Below the pieces are notes generated by a model, which was not told the DNA's origin, searched no databases, and saw only the letters and a program-made list of their open reading frames with translations. Below, one piece after another: positions 1-11,556 of a stretch of 64,000 bases of DNA. Every line of letters starts with the position of its first letter. The stretch's first letter is position 1. The stretch is from Diadema setosum (lineage: Eukaryota), in contig NC_092698.1 of the NCBI RefSeq assembly GCF_964275005.1, positions 24,289,037-24,353,036 of the forward strand, given 5' to 3'. Position numbers and translations under genes: made by a program.

Positions 1-1
1 T

Positions 2-791
2 CTTGTTCTGCAAGTTCTGCTGGTGGAACGCTGCTTGCTCCTTTGAGAGAATCAGTTGCAGCATCCAAACCTCCTTGTCCTTTCACCTTCAAACAGGAAC
101 TTAACACAGAACTTTCTACGAGCACACTTTTTGCCATCCCAGTTTCTTTACCAGGTGAAACACTCACTACCACATCAGCTGCTGTTCCTTCACTAACAGG
201 GTCTGTCTCTGCAGTCACTGTAATCTCAGAACATCCATCAGCTGTCGTCAGCTGCAAAGATGTTGGTTCCTCTCCAATGGAAGTGGAACTTACCTCCATT
301 TGCTCTGTGGCTTCCTCAACACCACTTGAAATTGCAAGATTTCTCTCTGTATCGCAAACTGTTTGTTCACTGTTTTCATGAGACGGACTGGGAAAATCAC
401 CTCCTGTATCCATTCCCTCTTCAACAGTGTCCGATAGAGCAGAGTTTGAATGTCCAGACCCTTCTGGAGGAAGCAGTCTTAGACTGGGAACAGAGCTCGA
501 CTGCATCTTGGTCTGCACTCGATCCTGCTCCTCGACAGTTGCTGTCTGGCTTTCCCTTTCGTCTGGGACATTGCATTCTGGCACTACATTTGTATCCTGC
601 TCAACTTCTGAAGCAAATGATGTTCCATCCTTCTCCAAGTCAGTCCCTGAACCATGGGAAACTTGACAAGAATTGCTATCTACTTCCATATGCTGTATAG
701 TGACTGCCTCTGACAAGCTTCCACCAGGAGTTGCATTAGCTACTGCACTGCCTGCATGTGATGCATCACAACGTTCAGCATCGCATTCCAT
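2..791 (-). CDS. First coding exon of a gene that runs off the window start, encoding a Ser/Thr/Glu-rich low-complexity protein. Translation begins MECDAERCDASHAGSAVANATPGGSLSEAVTIQHMEVDSNSCQVSHGSGTDLEKDG... and ends ...KGASSVPPAELAEQ.
   Basis: Hand translation of the reverse complement gives an open frame of about 263 codons. It starts at the ATG at 789-791 (complement), has an in-frame TAA 9 nt upstream, and stays open to the window edge. The three plus-strand ORFs listed at 43-700 are shadows of this stop-poor segment. The ORF track omits it because it is truncated at the edge. Confidence 0.5.
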   Translation of the reverse strand, partial: MECDAERCDASHAGSAVANATPGGSLSEAVTIQHMEVDSNSCQVSHGSGTDLEKDGTSFASEVEQDTNVVPECNVPDERESQTATVEEQDRVQTKMQSSSVPSLRLLPPEGSGHSNSALSDTVEEGMDTGGDFPSPSHENSEQTVCDTERNLAISSGVEEATEQMEVSSTSIGEEPTSLQLTTADGCSEITVTAETDPVSEGTAADVVVSVSPGKETGMAKSVLVESSVLSSCLKVKGQGGLDAATDSLKGASSVPPAELAEQ

Positions 792-2039
792 CTTGAGACG
801 TGTTTAAATGGGTGTGTCTACTTGAATAGGTGTGTCACTTCGGTTCCATCTAATGAGGAAAGAAAGAAAAAAATGAAGCATAAATTAATCTATTGTGAAT
901 CAAGAAAATTGCAGTCAATGAATCTTTCACATGTCAATTATGATGAGCTTTGCTTGTTTTTAGTTGTACAGATGTGAGTAAAGCTGTACATGACACAATA
1001 GCTTCACAAATATCTGTGCATTACCTTAATGACAGTTCTGCAAAGTGCAAAATTCAGAATTAAAAAAAAAATCACAATGCAAAATATTTCATAACAATTT
1101 TTCCCCCATGGTCTTTCTCTCAATCTGCATGCTAGTGATGTCAGAATTTTGGAACAGAGAGATTGGATCAAATCTGGAAATTTCACCTTGTTATTGCAGT
1201 GCAACTACAATGTACTTTAACTACCAATCATTTGAGTTGACCTCGCTGTGACTGGGATCTCATCATGTTTCAACTTAATTTAACTCTAAATGCACCGCTT
1301 ACAGTCTACTTTCAAGTCTTGCACATCTTGCACATGACTTGCAAAAATGATTTGCAAAAATGAGGCATACCGTTACAACACTACACGACCTTATATTCAT
1401 GCTCATCAGACCAAAGATGGCTTAAAAATGTGATTTTGTGTACAAAGTCAATGCAAACAGTGTTTTAACTCCTTATTGTACATGTTAAAGGTATTAGGAT
1501 TATCCCTTTCATTTTCAATGACATGAAATTAATTAATCTCAGAATAACTATGCTTGAAATAGGTTGTGTGATAAACTTTGCAAGAAAAAAACAACAAAAG
1601 GTCAAAAAAAGAAATATATAAGAAATTTATAAGATACCAAAATACATAAGATTCCAATTTTGAAACATCATTTTTTTTTAAGTACTGTACATTGTAGGAC
1701 AGCTACAAAGAATAGAATACAACTAGAAATGTCGCTTTGGCGACTGGTATGCCTCCGCCATAATGCATGATTTTCCCAATAGGTCTAGATAGTACATGTG
1801 GACAATGTGTGATTACATTTTCACAAAATTGGCAAAATATTAAAATGACAAGTTTGTCACAAATGTGTTGAATGTTCACCTTTCTTGACCTACAGTTGTA
1901 GGTTTAATTGGATGAATAGGAGAGCATGTATCTAGGGATTTAAGGACTTTAACTCGACTTTGATCCATATACATTTAGGCATTGAGTGATTTTCAAGGTA
2001 CAGGTGTGGAGAAAAAGTGCAATTTCTGAATTGAATAGT

Positions 2040-2425
2040 AAATTGTTACCATTTTCATCTGGCCCTTGACCCTAAAATTCATAAGATAATCACTTTCAGG
2101 TAGAACATGCATAATATGTACTAAGTTTCAAGATAACTTGAGCCACTTCCGAGATATGGAGGAAAAAGTTAGTTCAGCACTTTCACTTGATCTTTGACCT
2201 TTTGACCTTTGAGGCAAAAAAAAAGAAGAAAAATTTTCCAGACAATTTCTATTAGGTTACACATGTATGCATACACCAAGTGTAAAAAAAAAAAATAAAT
2301 AACCCTGCTGGCATAGCATGATAGGAGGGAAATAGTAAAATTTTGAAGTGTTGCACTTGACCTTTGACCCCTGACCTTTGACCCCATCAACCCTACATTC
2401 TCTAGATAATCACTTCCAGTCAGTA
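2040..2425. repeat. Tandem repeat block of units about 140-180 bp, each ending in (TTTGACC)n-like microrepeats (cttgaccttttgacctttgacc). This is the left flank of the large palindrome.
   Basis: Repeated modules visible at about 2090-2215 and 2340-2390: aagtttcaagat...ggaaaaagt...tt(t)cacttgaccttttgacctttgacc. Confidence 0.6.
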
Positions 2426-2428
2426 TAT

Positions 2429-3255
2429 GTATACGGGTAATTCCATGAAGTTGGGGCAGTGTCCATGTAGCATCGTGATATTTGAAAAATACATTTCAGC
2501 ATAACTCAATATTAATTATGCTATACATTTATTGTTAGTAGGCTTTATATTTGCATTGAGGCCACACATTTTCTTGGAAACTTTGTGCCATTCAGACTCA
2601 ATTTTGATGAAGTTATTAAACAATATGTAACGGTGTCCTGTAGCATCGTGACGTGTCCATGTAGCATCGTGATATTTTAAAATTTGGTCTTAAGAGACAA
2701 ATTATGGCAATCAGCTTGACCAAAATTTGATGTAATATGCATATTTACTAGATTAGTCAGGTAGCTAAATATCTCAAATTTCCTGTACACAGTTTTCATT
2801 TTAAAAGAAAATTACAAAATGTATCACGATGCTACGCGGTGTCCTTTTTTGTTACATTCGGTGGACACTGCGTAGCATAGTGACATTTTTTGTAATTTTC
2901 TTGTAAAAGTAAGACTGTTGAATGGAGAGTAAAGATATTTAGCTATCTGACTAATTGAGTAATTATGCATATTATATCAAATTTTGGTCAAGCTAATTGC
3001 ATTAATTTGTCTTTTAGGACCAGATTTTAACTATCACGATGCTACATGGACACGTCACGATGCTACAGGACACCGTTACATTTTTTAAAAATAACTTCAT
3101 CAAAATTGAGTCTGAATGGCACAAAATTTCCAGGAAAATGTATGGTCTCAATACAAATGTAAAGCCTATAAACAATATATGTATAGCATAATTAGTATTG
3201 AGTTATGCTAGAATGTAACACTTTGTGCCCCAACTTCATGGAATTACCCATACAC
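2429..3255. repeat. Near-perfect ~830-bp palindrome (foldback) with ~410-bp arms, centred near 2865.
   Basis: The left arm (gtatacgggtaattccatgaagttggggcagtgtccatgtagcatcgtgat...catttgtgccattcagactcaattttgatgaag...) is the reverse complement of the right arm (...cttcatcaaaattgagtctgaatggcacaaa...gccccaacttcatggaattacccatac). At the centre, cacgatgctacgcggtgtcc opposes ggacactgcgtagcatagtg. Each arm also carries internal copies of gtcc(a/t)tgtagcatcgtga. Confidence 0.7.
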
Positions 3256-3665
3256 TATGTTCCATGAAGATACCTTCTAGAACAATTTTCCAAGGTATGG
3301 AGAAAAAAAAAGTTTTAATATTTTTACTTGACCTTTTGACCTTTGACCTTTGACCTCATGACCCAAACTTTCACCAGAGAATCTTAATTGGGTAATACAT
3401 GTTTACACTAAGTTTCAAGAAAATATCTTCAGGCATTCAATAGATATGGTGGAAATAGTGAAATTTTATGTATTTCACCTTGACCTTTTGACCTTTGACC
3501 TTGAGCATGTGCACCCAAAAGTTGATAGGCACAACTTCACCCCCTAATACACATACATGCCAAGTTTCATTAGGATACCTCAACAGGTTTTGATAGTTAC
3601 CTTGTCCACAAAATTCATTACGGACGGACGGAAGGACGGACGAACGGAAGGACGGACGGACAGAC
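3255..3665. repeat. Right-flank tandem units of the same TTTGACC-containing ~140-bp repeat. The block ends in a 13-bp-stem hairpin at 3681-3712 (atgcctccggcac...gtggcggaggcat).
   Basis: Units at about 3240-3365, 3370-3500 and 3500-3650 share aagtttca(a/t)ga...tttcaccttgaccttttgacctttgacc. A related gcctccgcc motif also occurs at 1750-1762. Confidence 0.55.
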
Positions 3666-6261
3666 GGACAACCCGAAAACATGCCTCCGGCACCACTTCG
3701 TGGCGGAGGCATAAAAATAGGCTTCTAGTCTGAGCTTTATTTTGTGATTTAGAGCAAAAGGTATGAATTCCGCAAATATCAGGAATTCATATTAATTAAC
3801 ATTTATAAAATAAAACAAAGGAAAATCTATTTCATGTATAGTCTGGTAGATTATGCCACAGGTAATGTACTGTATAAGCTGTTATTTTTGGGAAATGGTC
3901 AATTCCAGCATAACGGACATGACATTCAGACCACTTTTTTGAAATTCAAACCATCACACAGTGAAATTGGCAGTCTCCGAAAGATTCTGAGTTTATCAGA
4001 CACATTTAAGTATACGTAACACACACAGAAAATTTCATGGAAATTTTTCAAGTGGTTGTTGAGAAATTGCATTTTTTTGCGAGCGTAATGGACACGACAC
4101 TAAATGGACAAGGCATTTTGATCTACTTATGTACCATTATGAAAATTCCTGTGAATTTTTGGATAAGATACAGCTGGTTTTGGTCTTCATTAAACCTTTA
4201 GGTCATGCTTTACTCATAAAGTCCTATTTTAGAGTAGTTTTACTGTTCATTCTTTTTTAATAGTTTAAAATATTGCGTAACGGACATGACACTTTGAGTG
4301 TAACGCACATGACAGTTCTGTCCACTTTTTGTAAGCTAACAGAATTTTTTTATTACAAGGTACAGCAGATATTCAATTGTTGACATAGTAAGGTTAGAAC
4401 ATAGGGACACACATCATAACTGCAATCTTGTAATATTTCTTATATTTTTATCATTTTAGGAGGGTTGGTCTTTTTATATATTTACAAAACAGACAAATAT
4501 AAAACAAATTTGCTCCTGCACCAGCTAGCTACAATTAGTGAGAAATTTCCAGTTACTACCACCCACCATAGCAAAACAGGACAAGAATACATATATCTTA
4601 AATACTATGGAGATTTTTTTTCTTTGTGCCCTAATATTTGATACTTAGTATTATACACTAGCGTAACGGACATGACACCCTTGTAAAGTGAACCATATTT
4701 TCACTTCTTTGTTTCAAATAAAAAGATTAAAATAACTGCACACTGCTCTCTACATTATGTTCTTGAGCAAAACATCAAAAAGTCCTTTTGCAGGTTTCAG
4801 TGATCTAACGGCTACTCTAAAGCACATGGAGTACAATGCCCAGAGTACCACAATGGCATGTATTGTACAACACAGAAGACCATGTCTCCATATCTGCAGA
4901 TAGGCAAAGAAAACAGAACGAACCAGATCTGTATTGAAAGTTTGAATACAACATCAAAATGCACTCAGGATTGCATCAACTTTTATGCAATAAAACAGGA
5001 CCACAAAACTGTTTGGTACCATTATCAATTTAGTATTATAATCTGAAAGAAATAAGGTATGTTTATTTCATTTCTGCAAAGTTCTTTCATTTGGCATTAA
5101 TGTCATCCTTGGAGTAGAATCATCCTCTGTTATCCAATCTTGGATAGACTATTGTAAAAACTTCCATTGCTACTACTAGTACTTTATCATTTTCAACAAA
5201 TGCTTTCTTTTCTTGGCTAGAAGTGAATGATCAAGCCAAGGGGCTTGTTTTCTGAGAATTTTCACAACATATAATCCATTTCCATGTAGAGTGGTCACCT
5301 GGGCAACAAAGTATTTCATGTTTTCTTCATGGCAAATTCAACTCGTACAAATTGTATAATCAACTTATTGCTTGCTTAGGCACTTCTTGAGGCTTGCCAG
5401 AGTGGTGTACTGGTTACATTATTCTCACCAGCTTGTGAGTAGGACTTTTTAAAATACTGGATGCCAACTGGTTGTAACTGATTATACAGTGTACCTTTCA
5501 GTGGATAAACATCTTCTCATAGCATCTTAAAATTGTGCTTTTTATACGATGCTGTGTGCTGTCATAGTATATACCGGTATATCCCTTGGCGTAGAGGTAC
5601 ATCCACATATAGTTTTGTATTGATGAAAAGGATAGGCAGCATTCAGACCAAGGGTGAATGAGCCCATAATGTTTCTATGACTGGCATCACTTAGTAGAAA
5701 GCAGAAATTTTATAGACTTCTTTGAATAATGCATCAAAGGATATTCTGTAAGATAAAGCCATGAAGGTATCCTCTAGACAACGAAAGTTAAGAAAATGCG
5801 TTTCGATTCCACTATCGACAGCCAGCCAGCCAGCCAGCCCATCAGTCGAACTGGAGGTGCATCTTAAGCTTTTCTGCAATATTTGTTCAACTCAAATAAT
5901 ACAAGTGTACATACAAAATCATATCTACAACAATTGTATGTTGCTGTATAATCAAACTACTTTTTTTCAATGTTAATTTTGTTCAAAACATTATAAAATT
6001 TCACAAAATCCTAAAATATTATCACCTTGATAATCCCCCAGAATCCGTCTGGCCTCTCCGTAATTCGGACGCGGGCTATGCAAGTTCAATGTCAATGCGT
6101 GTACAAGGCCACTGAAAAATGTGCTGTGCCATACCTTGTTGGCGCAAGGTTGCATCGGGGGCATTGCGGCACCAGTTGATATCCAAATTTTGGCAAGTCA
6201 GCACTTTCATTCAAACCCTATACATTGGCACGTTTTTTTGAGGATACCATACACTCTGAGC

Positions 6262-7397
6262 ATGCGATAAGCACAATTATCATCTATATAGGACGTTTTA
6301 GCGGCGCATTAAAAACGCGTATTGTACTCCGCTCAATTTTTACCGTTCAATATCGGAGCATATTGAACGAAACGCATAGGCCAACGTGTTACTTCCCCAT
6401 AGGCTACCGTTGTTACTTGCCGTTCAAGATCATACCATATTCAATTCTGTCTCGTCTATTGCGCGAGCGCTTGCTGAATGCGCAAACGCTTGCTACTAGT
6501 GCGCGTCATTTTTGTTACAATTCACAAGCGCGCAAGCATCTTGCTAGTTGTTTGTTTCATGTACGCAGTTTTAGGGGCTTCCCCTTTTCAGCGCTGGGAT
6601 GTGACTGCCGAGTCAACTTCAAAGACGAGTAGAAGCCGGGTAATTTTGTGCAGTTTATGCTTGCTCTACTTCATTGTATAGATGATAATAATTATATTGG
6701 ATGGCCTTGATTCATGGAATACCAGGGAATATTGCACTCGTTAGGGCCAATATTGCACTCATCTTCGATTCGTGCAATATTGGCCCTAACTCGTGCAATA
6801 TTCCCTGTTATCCCATTCATAGCCATCCAATATAATATAATTATCATCTATATAAGACGTTTTAGCAGCGCATTAAAAACGCGTATTGTAGTCCGCTTAA
6901 TTTTTACCGTTCAATATCAGAGCATATTGAACAAAACGCATAGGCCAACGTATTAATTCCCCATAGGCTACCGTGGTTACTTGTCGTTCAAGATCACACC
7001 ATATTCAATTCTGTCTCATCTATCGCACTAGCGCTTGCTGAATGCGCAAACGCTTGCTACTAGTGCGCGTCATTTTGTTACAATTCACAAGCGCGCAGAC
7101 ATCTTGCTAGTTGTTTGTTTCATACGCAGTTTTAGGGGCTTCCCCTTTTCAGCGCTGGGATGTGACTGTCGAGTCAACTTCCAAGACGAGTAGAAGCCGG
7201 GTAATTTTGTGCAGTTTATGCTTGCTCTGCTTGATTGTATAGATGATAATAATTACAGGTGTATATTGGATGGCCTTGATTCATGGAATACCAGGGAATA
7301 TTGCACTCGTTAGGGTCAATATTGCACTCATCTTCAATTTGTGCAATATTGGTCCTAACTCGTGCAATATTCCCTGGTATCCCATTCATAGCCATCC
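6262..7397. repeat. Two tandem copies of a ~570-bp unit. Each ends in a ~180-bp hairpin; the cores are at 6699-6828 and 7268-7397.
   Basis: atcatctatata(g/a)gacgttttagc(g/a)gcgcattaaaaacgcgtattgta... recurs at 6278 and 6843 with more than 90% identity over about 570 bp. The hairpin ggatggccttgattcatggaataccagggaatattgcactcgttagggccaatattgcac / gtgcaatattggccctaactcgtgcaatattccctg..tatcccattcatagccatcc is flanked by inverted tatagatgataataattatattg, which looks MITE-like. Confidence 0.65.
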
Positions 7398-8852
7398 AAT
7401 ATAATATAAATATCTCGCAACAGATCGGCATAATGCTAGATTTTTAGCGTTTTTTTCGGTGGCCCCGATTCTCAACACGGGACTTGATTTGTGCGCACTT
7501 CAGAAGTGGATTTTTAGTTGGGATTTTTGGCGGTGACTGAGGCACTTTCCGGTTTTGAACAACAGTGCCAGTACAGTATGTCAGTGACGCTAGTAATAAT
7601 GAGTCAGTATGACGCGATGTGGTAAATTATGCGTGTGTTGGACAATAGAATTTGCTGGCTTGTAATTGTGCTGTGGCAAGTCGTAAGTGGTGATAGATGT
7701 CCGGATTTTGGAGGCCAGCCAAAAACTGGGGGTTTTACTCTAGTTGTCTGTGCACTGTAGAGTAGCGGGTTACTATTATTACTAGTAACACTGTTAGTGT
7801 TCACCAGTTCACTCACGAACTATATTCACTGGTTTGATTGTACCGTTGTACTAGAGCCTACGTATTTACTATTACTAAATAGAGTTCTATAGTATTTACA
7901 ATGAATGTCAAGAAAGCATCGATTTGATGACCTTTTCTGAAAGTCCACCCTCTACGCAACCTCCAGTTGAAACTCCACAGGAGATGTCTGGGAGGTCTAC
8001 TCATCCAAGATCCAGGATCCAAGACCTACCGTCGCGTCGGACCCCAACACAACATCAACATTTTTTAATACTACGAAAAGGTCACAAGCACACAGGACAT
8101 CCATCACTACACATGGGACCGTGGATAAGACGGTCGTTCCCGAGTAACTGGACACTCAATATTGTTTATCAATACAAGAAATGTTCCTTGAAAAATACGC
8201 TACACTGCCATGACCCCCAAACACTCTGAACTCATTTATGTTAATTAGTGAGTATATATTTATACAGAAGGTGCTACTTACGGCATATGTCTGAATTTCC
8301 TCCGTATTTTCATTCACACAATAACCTACGCAGCCAGCTTTAGGCTTTGCATTTAGTACATGCGCATGCGCTGTAGGCAGGTAGCTCAGCGGAAAAAAAA
8401 ACAAAACAACAAAAACAAATACAGTTCTGTACACGGGTGAGAAATAATTATGGTACAGTGTACTAGTACTAGTATTTTGCCGTGTATCCCTTCCAATATA
8501 CGTGTACCACTGACATGAGTACCTCAATGAATGTACTTGTAAATCCTCACACACTAAAAACACACTAAAAACAATAAAGGAAGTTGTCTCCCCCGCCCTC
8601 GCCCCTCTTTTTCTCCTGGGCCCCGTCTTATAAAGCCTTCAAATCAATCACAAGTCCCCAAATCAATCGCAACTCGCATTGCAGCAAACAAAAATCTTGT
8701 GATTGATTTCTATCACAAGCCTTTATAAGACAGGCCCCTGATCTCTCTCTCTCCCCTCTATCGATACAAAAGACAAGTCAACCTATTTCAACCTATTATA
8801 AAAAAAAAAAAAGTCTCCGCTGAGCACAAGATAAGAAATCACTCTCTTTGTC

Positions 8853-8877
8853 GTATATATATATATATATATATGTA

Positions 8878-8935
<58 letters not shown>

Positions 8936-9000
8936 CATTATTATCATCATTATCATTATTATTATCATTATTATTATCATTATTATTATCATTATTATTA
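8853..9000. repeat. (TA)n followed by an (ATT)n microsatellite with ATC interruptions.
   Basis: Direct reading: tatatatatatatatatatg at 8853, then attattatt... to about 9000. Confidence 0.9.
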
Positions 9001-11280
9001 CTAAATGGTTGATGTGTGCAATTCCATGTCTGTACACTCACAGATAGATGTGTGGGATGAACAGAAACTTTCCCCATATTATTTGCAGACACTATTACTA
9101 TATAGCAGGGAGGTGGGAACACCTCTCTCCACCACCCTGTTCATAGCCATCAAGCTACGATTCGACGTCCCAACTCTCTAACACACCCAAAAGCAGTCTG
9201 TAGCTTTATTAGTTCAATTATTGAACACGTCTCGAATATAACGATTGTCATATCTTACGGTTGATTAGCCTCCCCTAGTTTTCAGTACTAATACATTCAT
9301 GGCAGTCACGTCGAAAACTAATCGATAATACGATACAAGATTATTTGTGTAACATTCAACTTGACCCCACCCACAGGTTTTACATAATTATAATATACAT
9401 ATTAATTTTATATGCATAGACAAACAAACTGACTGATAGATAGATAGACAAATGAATAGATAAACAAAGAGATTAGTAAATAAATAAATAAATAAATAAA
9501 TTTTAATAAATAGAAGAGAAACATGTCAGTGAATAAGTAATGATAATGAAAATGTAAGATTAATTGAGCAGTCCGATAATAATTAGGTTGGTAAGTCAAA
9601 TTAAAAAGTTCACCGACGAAGGTTAAAAAGCGTTTCATTGCTTTGCTACATGCAGTTGGGATATCAGTGAATGAGCAGACATGCGGATCGTACTTTGAAC
9701 AAGCTGCTGTTTGCGTTACAATAATATCAGGGCACTATCCTGAAAGTTATTGTATTGCAGCTGGTTCTATGGAAGCGATCGGTTCGGCACGTCAAGGCGG
9801 TACTACATTGTAGCACCATGGAGCACATAACATCCGGCCAATGACACACACTGACTCGATTACACGCACAAGTTGGACGTGCCAATATCGAGTTCCCGGT
9901 GGGCCTATGCATATCGCATTCATTATATCTTTCCGTGTACAGGTTGAGCAACGAGGTCCCGTCGCCTTCACGTATCGACAGGCTTGTGTGAAAAGATCTG
10001 GTGAGTATATTATTACTGTAACACACCGAGAACATTTTGCATTACCCGTAAATGGTGGTTGAGATCTATAGCAATAGATACTATGTCAACTTCGCTCATC
10101 TTTCAACCGGCTGTCTTGAACAGCTCATAAGGAGGCAATAGGATAATGTTATGAAACAGAGAGAAAACTATACTAGATTAACTTTTCTATCTGTTCCTAT
10201 AAAATGTTTGTGTTATATTTAGACCAGGAAGGTAGGCTACTACTACTAGGCGAGATACCTCCTTGATGAGACCACGTGGACATAGAAAGTAATAACATAC
10301 AACGATAAAAATAATGTACAGTTGTATATAGCTACATGATTTTCACTGCAAGTCTGTGACACTTCATCTTTGGGAAAATTTAACAATTCCCTCGTCCAAT
10401 TGCTCTTATAAGATATCAGATCACCGTTAGCTTTATTGGTTACTATCCATTTCAATTTGATCCAAATCTATCCAGTCGAATCAATTTGGTATACGATTGT
10501 AATCATGACTTTACAATCACTTGGCTCCTTTACGGAAGTGCGTGCAAAAAAAAAAGAAATTAAAAGCACAACGTATGTTATTTCCTTTCGTTTTCTTTGA
10601 TGCGGTTTTGATTTACGTTACTTGGTGTGTGCATGCTCGATCCGAACAATGACGAAAATTCCTCTATTATACCGTGAAAGTGATCGCAGTTACAGAACAG
10701 GAAAACGCGAATGTGTGAACATAGGATTATGATAGTGAATATCGCATATAAGGTTTCATGCTTCATTTTGATATCATACAATCATCGTAATCATATGAAC
10801 AATACATTCTTATTAACTGAAAGTGTTGCGTACGTGGTGTCTACAGTGGATAGTGACAGAAGGAAGGGGTTAGGTTTGAAGTTGGAGTGTCTTGAATTTG
10901 TACTTGACAAAAAAGGCGACGATTTTGTTTTGTTTTGCTTTGTTTTTGTTTTTGCTTTTGTGTTTCTTTTTTGTGGGGAGGGATCGAGCAGTGATCCTTG
11001 TAGCAACTAACAACACAACACAGTACTATAGGCGTATTCTGTGCATGTGTGATCTGATAATGTGCGTTTGTGTTTGAATGTGTATGCATTAAAAATCATT
11101 AATTACATGTACATGTATTTTACGATAAAAAATGTTATACATGTGCTCTAATAACGTAGTGTTATCTCGCACTTCGGTTCTTTCGTGAGTTCGACCGACT
11201 TCGGCTTTTTTATCAAGGTAACTGCAATAGCACTTATCATGAGCACGAGACTATTCCACTCTAGACAGAAAATGGTGTGT

Positions 11281-11520
11281 GTATCACTTAGGGGCGGATC
11301 CAGGAATTCCGTAAAGTGTGGGGGGGGGGGGCACGGTTTATATTTCTGGTACCACTTCCGGGTTTCATAGGCTGACAGAAACAAAAATAGATCATCGTGC
11401 GACTTCATGTTTATACTTTCATTAAAAACAACAACAACAACAACAAAACAAAACAAAATAAAAGGGGGCGCCCGGTTTGCTCCCCCCCCCCCCTTCCCGG
11501 ATCCACCCCTGTCACTTATA
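11281..11520 (+). mobile_element. Short non-autonomous element with GGGGCGGATCC-type ends (ggggcggatccaggaattccgtaaag ... cccggatccacccc). A second copy lies at 49775-49935.
   Basis: Both copies share the 5' module ggggcggatccaggaattccgtaaag followed by G-runs and C-runs, and imperfect terminal inverted repeats. Both sit within 100 bp of a foldback MITE copy. Confidence 0.45.
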
Positions 11521-11556
11521 TAATCACCCGCACTTCTCACCACGCTTGATCGTGTC

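Noticed and set aside
43-700. Three overlapping plus-strand ORFs (112, 146 and 79 aa) at the window start.
   Set aside because: They overlap one another in all three frames. The longest uninterrupted frame, with an upstream stop, is on the minus strand. These ORFs are shadows of that stop-poor exon.
7924-8229. 101-aa plus-strand ORF (MMTFSESPPSTQPPVETPQEMSGRS...) in a unique, CpG-containing segment.
   Set aside because: No recognisable family and no splice-site context. Proline/serine-rich low complexity. It is kept as unexplained sequence rather than called a gene.
8783-9122. ORFs encoding poly-Ile, poly-Asn and poly-Asp runs.
   Set aside because: They lie over the (ATT)n microsatellite in different frames. 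Repeat artefacts.
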